From the NCBI GenBank assembly GCA_044229975.1, contig JBGARZ010000001.1, forward strand, positions 320,001 to 384,000: a DNA stretch of 64,000 nt. Reading direction: 5' to 3'. Shown here piece after piece: positions 40,382-49,945 of this stretch. Position 1 is the first letter of the stretch; each line of letters begins with the position of its first letter. Origin of the DNA: Polyangiales bacterium. GTDB lineage: Bacteria > Myxococcota_A > Polyangia > Polyangiales > Ga0077539. A program made the translations under genes and the position numbers. The notes beneath the pieces were generated by a model, which saw nothing but the letters and a program-made list of their open reading frames with translations, was not told the DNA's origin and made no database searches.

Positions 40382-42547
40382 ATGAAGTTCTGTCCCAAGT
40401 GCAGTAGCGAGTACGACGATCACGTCGTCTTTTGCACACGGGACGGCAGCCCTCTGAAGACCAGCGTGGGCACCAGCACGATGCGCTCGCCGGGCATGAC
40501 CCTGTCGTCGGGTCGCGGCTCCGCGCTCGGCACCGCCGCGCTCCGATCGGCCAGCACCCGCGGGTCCAGCGCGGCCCTCGCGCTCAGCCTCCCCTTCCCC
40601 GATCACACGCCCGCCGACGGGCTCACGCGCGAGGTCGAGATCACCCCGGTCTCGTCGCGCATCGACGACGACATCGTGCCCGGCAGCGAGATGGATCCGT
40701 ACGCCGACAGCCCCACGGTGGCGGTGCCCGCGCCGGTGATGATGGTGTCGTATCCGCCCGACGCGCCGCCGCGTCCGCGCGCCACCGACGCGGAGCCCGA
40801 GCGGGCCCACACGCGCGTGCGCTCGACCACCGACGGCGTCGACGAGGCGCCCGGCGCAGCGGGCGGCACCGTCCCACCGCGCAGCGAGCGGACTTCGCTC
40901 GATGGCACCGAGGAGGACGACGGCGGCGGGCCCGATCTCTCCGGGCGCGTCATCGCGAAGCGCTACCTCCTGAAGAGCCGCCTCGGCTTCGGCGGCATGG
41001 GCGTGGTCTACAAGGCCATCGACCAGCGGCTGGAGAAGGCCGTCGCCATCAAGGTGTTGAAGGAGGAGTTCTCCAAGCGGCAGGACGTGGTCGCGCGCTT
41101 CACCCAGGAGGCCAAGTCCGTCGCGCGCATCAAGCACGAGAACGTGCTCGACGTGACCGACTACGGTCAGTCGGACTCGGGTGACTACTACATCGCGATG
41201 GAGCTCCTCGTCGGCATCGACCTGGCGCAGGCGCTGGCGATGGAGAACCGCGAGCCCATGACCGTCGACCGCGCGACGGACATCGCGGTGCAGATCTGTC
41301 GCGCGCTCGGCGCCGCCCACGCGCTCGGCGTGGTGCACCGGGACATGAAGCCCGAAAACGTCTTCCTGGTCCGCACCGACGACGGGCGCGAGCTGGTGAA
41401 GATCGTCGACTTCGGCATCGCCCAGATGAAGGACACGGCCGGGGGCGAGAGCAGCCGCAAGCTCACCCAGGCCGGGATGGTGTTCGGCACGCTCGACTAC
41501 ATGCCGCCGGAGCAGGCGTCGGGCAGCGCCATCGACCACCGCGTCGACGTGTATGCGACGGGCGTGATCCTCTACGAGATGTTCGCGGGGCGCGTGCCCT
41601 TCTATGCGGACACCCCGCTCGACGTGTTGCGGCAGCACCTCAGCAGCGCGGGGCCGCCGCCCATCCACGACGTCAACCCCGACGCCGACGTCTCGCCCGA
41701 GTTCGCGGCCGTCATCTACAAGGCCCTCGCGAAGGAGCCCGGTCAGCGTCACGCGTCCATGAGCGAGTTCGCCGACGAACTCCTCCGCGCGCGCCAGGGC
41801 ACCCGGCCGACGGCGCCGGCCGACGGCACCCATCCGCTGCGCGCGCCCACGCCCGCCGCGGCCCTCCAGGCTCCGCCGCAGGTGGCGCCCCACAACCCTG
41901 CCCCGCCGCCCGGGTGGCCCGCGACCGTGGGCCCGGCCGGCAACATGGACGTCGAGCCCGCGCGCCGCCGCTCGCCCGTGGTGCCCATCGTGGTGGGGAT
42001 GCTCGCCCTCGCGCTCGTCGTGGGTCTCGGCCTCCTCGCGCTCAACCGCTCGTCGGGTGACCACGTCGCGCCGCCGCGCGTCGGCGCTCACCCCACGCCG
42101 ACTCCGACGGCCCCGGTGCTTCGCCCGGTTCTTCCGACGGCGCCCGCGGTGCCTCCCGTGATGCCTCCTGCCGTGGCGGCGCCTCCGGTGGTCGCTCCGG
42201 CCGCGACGACGGTCACGATGGTCATCGAGACCAGCCCGGCGGGCGGTGACGTGCGCGGGGTCGCCGAGGAGGGCAACCGCGAGCTCTTCAACTGCCGCGC
42301 GCCGTGCACGCAGCAGGTCGCGCCGCAGCAGTGGGTGCGCCTGTCCGCGCGCAAGGGCAACACCCAGGGCATCGCCCGCGTCATGCCCACCAATCCCACG
42401 ACCTCGGTGGTCATCCCGCTCGCCGTCGTACCCAATCGTCCGCGCTCGACCCCGTCGGGCGGTCGCACCAGCCATCCGCGCTGCGGCGAAATCGACCCGG
42501 TCTCCGGACTGATGACCCCCTGCTTCGATCATGGCGCAACGCGGTGA
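40382..42547 (+). CDS. Membrane Ser/Thr protein kinase (Hanks type) with an N-terminal zinc-ribbon-like motif
   Basis: MKFCPKC...FCTRDG; LGFGGMGVVY, VAIKVL, HRDMKPEN, DFG, GTLDYMPPEQ; one TM; Pro-rich extracytoplasmic region. Confidence 0.92.
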   Translation: MKFCPKCSSEYDDHVVFCTRDGSPLKTSVGTSTMRSPGMTLSSGRGSALGTAALRSASTRGSSAALALSLPFPDHTPADGLTREVEITPVSSRIDDDIVPGSEMDPYADSPTVAVPAPVMMVSYPPDAPPRPRATDAEPERAHTRVRSTTDGVDEAPGAAGGTVPPRSERTSLDGTEEDDGGGPDLSGRVIAKRYLLKSRLGFGGMGVVYKAIDQRLEKAVAIKVLKEEFSKRQDVVARFTQEAKSVARIKHENVLDVTDYGQSDSGDYYIAMELLVGIDLAQALAMENREPMTVDRATDIAVQICRALGAAHALGVVHRDMKPENVFLVRTDDGRELVKIVDFGIAQMKDTAGGESSRKLTQAGMVFGTLDYMPPEQASGSAIDHRVDVYATGVILYEMFAGRVPFYADTPLDVLRQHLSSAGPPPIHDVNPDADVSPEFAAVIYKALAKEPGQRHASMSEFADELLRARQGTRPTAPADGTHPLRAPTPAAALQAPPQVAPHNPAPPPGWPATVGPAGNMDVEPARRRSPVVPIVVGMLALALVVGLGLLALNRSSGDHVAPPRVGAHPTPTPTAPVLRPVLPTAPAVPPVMPPAVAAPPVVAPAATTVTMVIETSPAGGDVRGVAEEGNRELFNCRAPCTQQVAPQQWVRLSARKGNTQGIARVMPTNPTTSVVIPLAVVPNRPRSTPSGGRTSHPRCGEIDPVSGLMTPCFDHGATR

Positions 42548-44291
42548 GGTCGGGTTGGTGATCGAGGCCGCCGAGCCGACCCGCGACGCGCCGACCGAGG
42601 TGCTGCCGCGACGCTTCGGGCGCTACACGCTCCTGCGGCGCCTCGCGAGTGGTGGGATGGCCGAGCTCTACCTCGCGCTGCACCGCTCGCTCGCGGGCTT
42701 CGAGCGGCTGGTGGTCATCAAGCGCATCCTCCCCGAGCTCGGTCGCGACCAGGCCTTCATCACGATGCTGCTCCAGGAGGCCCGCATCGCGGCGACCTTC
42801 TCGCACCCCAACATCGTGACGACCTTCGACGTCGACCAGGCGGAGGACGAGTACTTCATCGCGATGGAGCACATCCACGGCGAAGACCTCCGCTCCATCG
42901 TGCGCGCCATGCGCCCGAAGGGCGTGAAGGACTTCCCCCTGGAGCACGCGCTCGCCATCGGCGTCGGCGCCGCCGCGGGCCTCGCGTACGCCCACGAACA
43001 GAAAGACCTCCACGGCGTCCCCCTCGCGGTGGTGCACCGCGACATCTCCCCGCAGAACATCCTCGTGACCTTCACCGGCGACGTGAAGGTGGTGGACTTC
43101 GGCATCGCCAAGGCGCGCCTCTCGCACCACGAGGAGAGCGTCGCCCCGGGCGACTCGCGCTTCAACTCCGGGGTCATCACCACCGGCGTGCTGCCCGACA
43201 CGGGCACTGGCAAGGTGAAGGGCAAGCTGCCGTACATGTCCCCCGAGCAGGCGCGCGGCGAGGCGCTCGACGCCCGCAGCGACATCTTCTCGCTGGGCAT
43301 CATCCTCTTCGAGCTGTGCACCGGCCGACGCCTCTTCCGCGGCGCCAACGACCCCGAGACGCTCCAGCTCATCCTCGACGGCAAGTACCCCGACCCCTCG
43401 GCGGTCAACCCGCGCATCTCGCCCCGCCTCGGCGCCGTCATCACCAAGGCCCTCGCCTTCGACCGCAACGACCGCTACGCCACGGCGCGCGAGCTCCAGT
43501 CCGACCTGGTCAACGCCGTCCACGCCGAGCACATCGCGCTCTCGTCGGTGGCCTTCGGCGAGTGGATGCAGATGCTCTTCGCCGAGCGCCTCGCCTCCGC
43601 GCAGACCGCCCTCGCCGAGGGCAAGCAGCTCGCCGACGTGCTCGCCGCCGAAGGGGGGCGCGACACCGACGGATCGTCCCCGCGCTCCAACCCGTCGGGC
43701 TCGACCGAGCGACCGGTCGCCGTGCCGCGCCCCTTCACGCCGCCCCCGGAGACGTCACGGCTCACGGTGGTGCTCGTCGCCGTCATCGTCGTGCTCCTGC
43801 TCGCCGTCGTGGCCGCGGTCGCCATGCGCCGGCCGACCACCCCACCGCTCCGCGCCACGGCCCCGGTGTCCGCTCCGGCCGTCGTTGCGCCGCCCGCACC
43901 CGCACCCGCGGCGGTGCCTGCGGTCGCGGCGCCGGTGGCCGTCGCGGAGGATGTTCCGGCTGCGGCCGACGACGAGCCGACGGCCCGCGCCCACGTGGGC
44001 CGCGCCCATGGTGGTCGTCATGTTCCCGTAGCAGCCGCTGCACCCACGCCGGCGGCTCCTGCGACCGCCGCGGCGGATGAGACGCCCGGCCGCCTCACCG
44101 TCGGCGCCTCGGGGACGTGGTGCACCGTCACCGTCGACGACATCGGCCGCGGTCAGACGCCGGTGGTCGGGCTCTCGCTTCCGCCGGGCACCCATCGCAT
44201 CCGGTGCATCAACCCCGAGCGCGGCACCCAGGAGCGCACCGTCACCCTCAGCCCCGGGCAAGACCTTCGCGTCCGCATCACCTTCCCGTAG
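42531..44291 (+). CDS. Membrane Ser/Thr protein kinase (Hanks type) with a C-terminal PEGA-like domain
   Basis: LASGGMAELY, VVIKRI, HRDISPQN, DFG, GKLPYMSPEQ; TM; GQTPV...LPPGTHRI. Alternative start GTG 42558. Confidence 0.92.
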   Translation: MAQRGEVGLVIEAAEPTRDAPTEVLPRRFGRYTLLRRLASGGMAELYLALHRSLAGFERLVVIKRILPELGRDQAFITMLLQEARIAATFSHPNIVTTFDVDQAEDEYFIAMEHIHGEDLRSIVRAMRPKGVKDFPLEHALAIGVGAAAGLAYAHEQKDLHGVPLAVVHRDISPQNILVTFTGDVKVVDFGIAKARLSHHEESVAPGDSRFNSGVITTGVLPDTGTGKVKGKLPYMSPEQARGEALDARSDIFSLGIILFELCTGRRLFRGANDPETLQLILDGKYPDPSAVNPRISPRLGAVITKALAFDRNDRYATARELQSDLVNAVHAEHIALSSVAFGEWMQMLFAERLASAQTALAEGKQLADVLAAEGGRDTDGSSPRSNPSGSTERPVAVPRPFTPPPETSRLTVVLVAVIVVLLLAVVAAVAMRRPTTPPLRATAPVSAPAVVAPPAPAPAAVPAVAAPVAVAEDVPAAADDEPTARAHVGRAHGGRHVPVAAAAPTPAAPATAAADETPGRLTVGASGTWCTVTVDDIGRGQTPVVGLSLPPGTHRIRCINPERGTQERTVTLSPGQDLRVRITFP

Positions 44292-44307
44292 TCTCCGCCG
44301 CCCTCCG

Positions 44308-45351
44308 ATGGCGACCACCCCGACCGCCCCCACCGACGACGCGATCGTCGACCCGCCTCCCGCACCCGCCCCGCCGTCCGCCCTGCGCCGCGCGTGGGAG
44401 GCCTGGCCCGGACGCGTGCTCCGCCTCGGCATCGCGGCGCTGCCGCTGTACTGGCTCTTCCAGCGCCTCAAGTGGCAGGAGGTCGTGGACGAGGCCGTCG
44501 CGGTGGGGCCGCTGGGCATCGCGGCGGCGTTCGGGTGCGTGTTTCTCTCCGTCGTCGTCGGGGCGTTTCGCTGGGGCGTCGTGCTGCGCGCGTACGGCGC
44601 CACGGAGCTGCCCCCGCTCACCACCATGCTGCGCCACAACCTCGTGGGGCTGTGGTTCAACCTGCTGCCGAGCGGCGTGGCGGGCGACGCCGTGCGCGGC
44701 CATCGGGTGCGCGCCGTCGCGGGCGGCCTCACCACCTCGTACACGGTGCTCTTCGTCGAGCGCGTCTCCGGGCTCCTCGGGCTGTGCCTCATCGCCGCCC
44801 TCTCGTCGCTCTCGCCCGTCTCCCTTCGCAGCGACGCCGTCTCGTGGACCCTCGGCCTCGGCGTGCTCGGCGCCTCGGGGCTGAGCCTCGTGCTGCTGCT
44901 GGTCCCCTACGCCGTCGCGCGTCGACCCTCGCTGCGGGAGTTCGTCACGCGCGTGCCCGTGCTGGGCGCGGTGCTGGTGAAGGTGCCGCCCGCGCGCTCG
45001 CTCCGGGGGCCGCTGCTCTCGGTGCTGCTCTCGGTGTTTACCCAGGGCGCGCTGGTGTTGTGCGTCTACTGCCTGCTCAGCCCGCTCTCGCGCCACGCCA
45101 CGCTCGCGGTGTGCGCGCGCGTGGTGCCGGCGATCATCCTGGTGACGTACGTTCCGATCACGCCGGGGGGCCTCGGGCAGCGCGAGGCGGCGTTTACCGC
45201 GCTCTTCGGCCTCGCGGGGGTGCCGGGCACCATGGCCGTGGCCGCGTCGCTGCTGTACTTCGCCGAGATCGTCGGGGTGTCGGTGCTCGGAGGCGTGTGC
45301 CTCGCGGCCGAGCGCCTGGCCGCCGCGCGCGGCCGAGCGTGGGACGACTGA
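44308..45351 (+). CDS. Lysylphosphatidylglycerol-synthase TM-domain / flippase-like membrane protein (UPF0104)
   Basis: RWGVVL, FNLLPSGVAGDAVR, VERVSG, PITPGGLGQRE. Confidence 0.85.
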   Translation: MATTPTAPTDDAIVDPPPAPAPPSALRRAWEAWPGRVLRLGIAALPLYWLFQRLKWQEVVDEAVAVGPLGIAAAFGCVFLSVVVGAFRWGVVLRAYGATELPPLTTMLRHNLVGLWFNLLPSGVAGDAVRGHRVRAVAGGLTTSYTVLFVERVSGLLGLCLIAALSSLSPVSLRSDAVSWTLGLGVLGASGLSLVLLLVPYAVARRPSLREFVTRVPVLGAVLVKVPPARSLRGPLLSVLLSVFTQGALVLCVYCLLSPLSRHATLAVCARVVPAIILVTYVPITPGGLGQREAAFTALFGLAGVPGTMAVAASLLYFAEIVGVSVLGGVCLAAERLAAARGRAWDD

Positions 45352-46146
45352 TCAGAAGTAGTAGGTGCCGCCGCCGAGGATGCCGATGAGACCGCCGGTG
45401 CCGTCGTCGGTGTTGGGGCTGAGCACGACGTGGTCGTAGCGGACGACCAGCTCCAGCGCGAACGAGTTGCTGAGCTCGATCTCGGCGCCCGCCGCGGCCC
45501 CGACGGAGACGCCGGTGCCGCTCGACGACGTCGTGGTGACCGGCCCGGAAGAGTCGCTCTCCGCCAACACGCTGAACGCGTCGACGATGCCTTCGAGGTA
45601 CGGGCGGAAGACGCCGCGCGGCGCCGTCCAACGAAACGCTGCTCCGTAGAACACGGTCGTGTAGGAGGTGCCCGGGAGGTCGGTGAAGCCGTTGGACCGG
45701 GCGCCCAGCTCGGCGCGGACGGAGATGCCCGAGCCCGTCGCCCAGCCGATGTGCGCGTAGCCCATGAAGCCCGTGCTGAGAAACTCGCCGTACTCGCCGA
45801 CGACCGGAATCGCCGCGCCGCCGAGCAGTCCGACGAAGAGCCCCTGACGCGCGGGCGGAGGCGGCTGCACGACGGGCACGGGCTGGCGACCGTAGGGCTG
45901 GGGCTGGGTCATCATCACGGGCTGGGTGCGGGCCACGGGCGGCGGAGCGTTGTAGCCGGTGACGGGTGGTGGAGCGTTGTACCCGGGCTGCACCGCCGGG
46001 GGCGCGTCGTAGGTCGGCGGCGGCGCGACCGGCGTCGGTGCGACGGGCGGCGGCGCGGGGTTGTTGAGCCGCGCAGGGTCGGCGGACGCGAGCGCAGGCA
46101 CCAGGAGCAACGACGCGGGGAGGAGACCGAGCACGATCTGACGCAT
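45352..46146 (-). CDS. Outer-membrane beta-barrel protein with a Pro-rich N-terminal region
   Basis: Signal peptide (ASA-D); YNAPPPV repeats; amphipathic strands; RPYL; C-terminal GGTYYF. Confidence 0.8.
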   Translation of the reverse strand: MRQIVLGLLPASLLLVPALASADPARLNNPAPPPVAPTPVAPPPTYDAPPAVQPGYNAPPPVTGYNAPPPVARTQPVMMTQPQPYGRQPVPVVQPPPPARQGLFVGLLGGAAIPVVGEYGEFLSTGFMGYAHIGWATGSGISVRAELGARSNGFTDLPGTSYTTVFYGAAFRWTAPRGVFRPYLEGIVDAFSVLAESDSSGPVTTTSSSGTGVSVGAAAGAEIELSNSFALELVVRYDHVVLSPNTDDGTGGLIGILGGGTYYF

Positions 46147-46261
46147 GGCGCGGCGGGATACCATGCAACGCGCGACGCGCGAAGGGACGGCCGGGCGGCG
46201 CTGACCGCGGTCGCCGGGAAGTGGAGCGCGGGGCCTCGACGGCGTAGAGAGGGAGGCGTCC

Positions 46262-47014
46262 ATGTGCAGGTTGCTGGCAGTGGTGCGATCGGGGCGGAGC
46301 GGCTGGCGGCAGCGCCTCGTCGACGCGCCACGGAGCCTGCGCAGCCTGTCGCGGGAGCATCCTCATGGGTGGGGCGTCGCCGTGCATACGACGGACGGCG
46401 GGTGGTCCGTCGATCGGCAGCCGCGGGCGGCCTTCGACGACGAGGGCTTCGCGGTCGCCGCCGAGCGGTCGGGCACGGTGCTGCTCGCGCACGTCCGGCA
46501 AGGGACCGTCGGCGCAGTGGCGACGCACAACACGCACCCGTTTCGTCGCGGTCGGTGGGTGTTCATGCACAACGGCACCATCGAGTCGGTGGCGTGGATG
46601 CGCGAGCGCGCGTCGGCGTCGCGGCTCGACGAGGTCGAGGGGCAGACCGACAGCGAACAGCTCTTCGCGTGGCTGCTCAGCCGACTCGACGAGGCTGCTC
46701 TCACCGACGCGCCGTGCGGTGAGGAGACCGACCGCGTGATCGCCGACGCGATGCGCGAGGCGCGCGCGGCGAAGGGCAGCGGGGCCATCAACGTGGTGCT
46801 GTCCGACGGCGACACGGTGTACGCGCATCGCTGGGGGCGGACGTTGTTCTTGCGCGCGAGCGATGACGGCGGGGTGGTGTCGGTGGCGTCGGAGCCCGAC
46901 GACGGCGACCCGACGTGGCGCGAGATCGCCGAGGGCAGCCTGCTGCGACTTGACCGTACACCGACGGTGCGTTGGTCACTGATCGAAGGCGCGTTCGCCA
47001 TCAAGAGAGGTTGA
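46262..47014 (+). CDS. Class II glutamine amidotransferase-like Ntn hydrolase (YafJ/EgtC family)
   Basis: MCRL (Cys2), HGWG, AHVR, NTHPF, HNG, GQTDSE, VASEP; GGAGG RBS. Confidence 0.9.
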   Translation: MCRLLAVVRSGRSGWRQRLVDAPRSLRSLSREHPHGWGVAVHTTDGGWSVDRQPRAAFDDEGFAVAAERSGTVLLAHVRQGTVGAVATHNTHPFRRGRWVFMHNGTIESVAWMRERASASRLDEVEGQTDSEQLFAWLLSRLDEAALTDAPCGEETDRVIADAMREARAAKGSGAINVVLSDGDTVYAHRWGRTLFLRASDDGGVVSVASEPDDGDPTWREIAEGSLLRLDRTPTVRWSLIEGAFAIKRG

Positions 47015-47045
47015 ACAATTCTCCATCGGCGTGTCTGATCCTCCG

Positions 47046-49868
47046 ATGAGACGACGTCCCGTCCTCGTCGGGCTCCTCGCCCTGGCTTCCTGCTCCGACA
47101 ACACCACGACGACCAACGACGCCGGGCGCGCCGATGGCGGCACGGTGACCCGCGACGTGGGCCCCGTGAGCGACGGCCCCGTCAACGCGCTGCCCGTCCG
47201 CGAGACCACCCGGCTGCCCGGCCTCGATGGGCCCGTCGACGTCGCGACCGACCGCTTCGGCTGGTCCAACGTTCGCGCCACGACGCTGCGCGACGCGGTC
47301 TATGTGCAGGGTTACCTCCAGGCCCGCGAGCGCATGGCGCAGATGGACGTCCTCCGTCGGCTCGCGTCGGGCACGCTCGGCGACCGCTTCGGCGTGGTCT
47401 CGCGCGACGCCATCGCGTCGGACCTCGCCTTTCGCGTCGTGGGCCTGCGGCGCGCCGCCACGGCGATGTGGGCCCAGCTCCAGGCGGGCCCCGACGTCCG
47501 CACGCGCACGGCGCTGACCTCCTTCACGGCGGGCGTGAACCAGTACCTCCGCGAGCTGCGCGCGCGCCGCGTCGACGCGCCGCCGAGCACCGAGCTCGTC
47601 CTCGACGAGACCACCCCCGACTGGACCGAGGTCGACTCGCTCGTCATCGGCCGCTACCAGTCATACTCGCTCTCGTATTCGGCCGACACGGAGGTCGCCA
47701 ACTCGCTGCTCATCGACCGGGTGCGCACCGTCTTCGGCATGGCCGACGCGACCGCCCAGCCCGCGCGCTACGCCCGCCGCGACATGGCCCAGGACGTCCT
47801 GCTGTGGCGGCCGCCGTCCGACACCGCGGTGCTGCCCGACTTCTTCCCCGCCACCACCGGGATGCCCCAGGTGTTTCGCCCCGCGGTGCAGCGGCCGGTG
47901 CTGTCGCGCTCGGTCTACGATCGCGCGGCGCCCTTCCTGCGGCATGTGCGCGAGGGCTTCGCGGTGTGGGGCGACGAGAGCCGCGGGAGCAACAACTGGG
48001 TCGTGACGCCCGGCGCCACGCGCAACGGTCGGGCGCTGCTCGCCAACGACCCGCACCTCGCGCTGCGAGCGCCCGCCATCTGGTGGGGAACGCACCTCAC
48101 CGTCGTCGGTGGGCCCGACGCGCTCGACGTCGCGGGCACGACGTTTCCGGGTGTTCCGGGTGTGGTCATCGGGTTCAACCAGCGCATCGCCTGGGGCGTG
48201 ACGACGGCCTACTACGACGTCACGGACGTCTATCAGGAGACCATCACCGCGGGCGTCGGTGGGGCGCCCGACACGGTGCTCTTCAACGGCCGACAGGTGC
48301 CCATCGAGATCATCACCGAGCAGGTGCCCGACGGCGCGGGCGGCAACGTCGAGGCCCGCATCGAGGTGGTGCCGCACCACGGTCCCATCATCCCGGAGAT
48401 CGCCAACGGGCGCATCGTGCGACGCACCGCCAACCGCGCGCTCTCCATCCGCTGGACGGGGCACCAGGCGACCAACGAGTTCGGCACCTTCATGGGGCTC
48501 GCCTACGCGCGCAGCACCGACGAGGCCCGCACGGCCGTGGCGGGCTTCGGCGTGGGCGCGCAGAACTTCGTCTTCGCCGACGTCGACGGCAACACGGGGT
48601 ATGCCTCGTCGGCGGTCATCCCGCTGCGCGAGGCGGGCGCCCTCACCTGGCGCCTCGACAACCCGATGGGGACCAACCCCTGCACGGTGCTCCCGGGCAC
48701 CGGCGGGGCCGAGTGGTCGGGGACGGTTCCGGCGGCGCAGATTCCCAACGCGGTGGGCAGCGCGACGCGACCCTTCATCGTCACGGGCAACAACGATCAG
48801 ACGGGGCAGACGCGCGACGGCAACCCCTTCGACGCGACCGTGTACCTCGGGTGCGGCTATGCCTCGGGCTGGCGCGCCGAGCGCATCACCCAGCGGCTCA
48901 CGGCGCTCAATGGCCAGGCCACCGTGGAGGACATGCAGTCGGTGCAGGGCGACCACACGGTGCTGGCGGGCGGCCGCTTCCGCACCCACTTCATGGCGGC
49001 GTTTGCCCGGCTGGAGCAGGAGTGGACGACCCCCGGGACACACGCCGACCTCCGCGCGGTGGCGGTCGCGTTGCAGCCCCGCGCGGCGCGGCTGCGGGAC
49101 GCCGCGATGCGGGTGCAGGCGTGGTCGCTCGACGGCGCGTCTGGCGCTGAGGCCGACGCGACCGACGCGCAGAAGCGTGACTCCGTCGCCACCACGATCT
49201 TCCACGGCTGGATATCCCGCGCGTTGCGGGGAACCTTCAGCGACGAGACCGCGCTGTTGCAGGGCGGCGGCTTCGACTCCATCCGCGCGCTGCTCCATCT
49301 GCTCGAACACCCATCGGAGCTGCGGGCTCGCGACGTATCAGGTCAGAGCGTGCTCTGGGACGACATCGCCACCAACGACGTGACCGAGTCGCGGGACATG
49401 ATCCTCGTGCGCTCCCTCGACGACGCCCTCACCGACCTTGAGCGCCTCACCATGACCGCCGAGTTCGATCGTTGGCTGTGGGGCCCCCTCCACGCCGTGC
49501 GCTTCTCGTCCCTCATTCCGGGCACCGACGCGACGCTCTCCATTCCGCCGACGGGCGAGGCGATGTTCCCGAGGGGCTTTCCGCGGCCGGGGGGCATCGA
49601 TGTCGTCGATGCGTCGGGGCCGGGCCTCGGTGGGAGCAACTACACCTTCGGCTCGGGTGCCTCGCAGCGCTTCACCGTCGAACTCGGCACGGACGGTCCC
49701 CGCGCCTTCAATGCCCTCCCGGGCGGCCAATCAATTGACACCGGGTCTGTCCACTTTCGGGACGAAGCTGAGCTCTGGCGAACCAACCGGACTCACGCCG
49801 TGCCGTTTCGGGAGGCCGATGTCGCCGCCGAAGCAGGGATTCGTTGGCGATTCGAGCCTGTACCTTGA
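47046..49868 (+). CDS. Penicillin acylase / AHL-acylase family Ntn hydrolase, lipoprotein
   Basis: Lipobox LASC; DRFG...QGY.QARER..QMD..RR; GSNNW (Ser nucleophile); LANDPHL; QNFVFAD; PGGQS. Confidence 0.9.
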   Translation: MRRRPVLVGLLALASCSDNTTTTNDAGRADGGTVTRDVGPVSDGPVNALPVRETTRLPGLDGPVDVATDRFGWSNVRATTLRDAVYVQGYLQARERMAQMDVLRRLASGTLGDRFGVVSRDAIASDLAFRVVGLRRAATAMWAQLQAGPDVRTRTALTSFTAGVNQYLRELRARRVDAPPSTELVLDETTPDWTEVDSLVIGRYQSYSLSYSADTEVANSLLIDRVRTVFGMADATAQPARYARRDMAQDVLLWRPPSDTAVLPDFFPATTGMPQVFRPAVQRPVLSRSVYDRAAPFLRHVREGFAVWGDESRGSNNWVVTPGATRNGRALLANDPHLALRAPAIWWGTHLTVVGGPDALDVAGTTFPGVPGVVIGFNQRIAWGVTTAYYDVTDVYQETITAGVGGAPDTVLFNGRQVPIEIITEQVPDGAGGNVEARIEVVPHHGPIIPEIANGRIVRRTANRALSIRWTGHQATNEFGTFMGLAYARSTDEARTAVAGFGVGAQNFVFADVDGNTGYASSAVIPLREAGALTWRLDNPMGTNPCTVLPGTGGAEWSGTVPAAQIPNAVGSATRPFIVTGNNDQTGQTRDGNPFDATVYLGCGYASGWRAERITQRLTALNGQATVEDMQSVQGDHTVLAGGRFRTHFMAAFARLEQEWTTPGTHADLRAVAVALQPRAARLRDAAMRVQAWSLDGASGAEADATDAQKRDSVATTIFHGWISRALRGTFSDETALLQGGGFDSIRALLHLLEHPSELRARDVSGQSVLWDDIATNDVTESRDMILVRSLDDALTDLERLTMTAEFDRWLWGPLHAVRFSSLIPGTDATLSIPPTGEAMFPRGFPRPGGIDVVDASGPGLGGSNYTFGSGASQRFTVELGTDGPRAFNALPGGQSIDTGSVHFRDEAELWRTNRTHAVPFREADVAAEAGIRWRFEPVP

Positions 49869-49945
49869 ACAATCTTTCCGGACTTTAGCCACATGTGTTG
49901 GTCCATTGACATCGCAGGGAGCCATAGGGTCATCTGGAGACTGGA

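Noticed and set aside
46262..47014. Ergothioneine biosynthesis (egtC)
   Set aside because: Family match only; no egtA/egtB/egtD in the window.
49906..49930. TTGACA...TAGGGT as a sigma70 promoter for the enhancer-binding protein
   Set aside because: The spacer is only 13 nt, so it is not reported as a feature.
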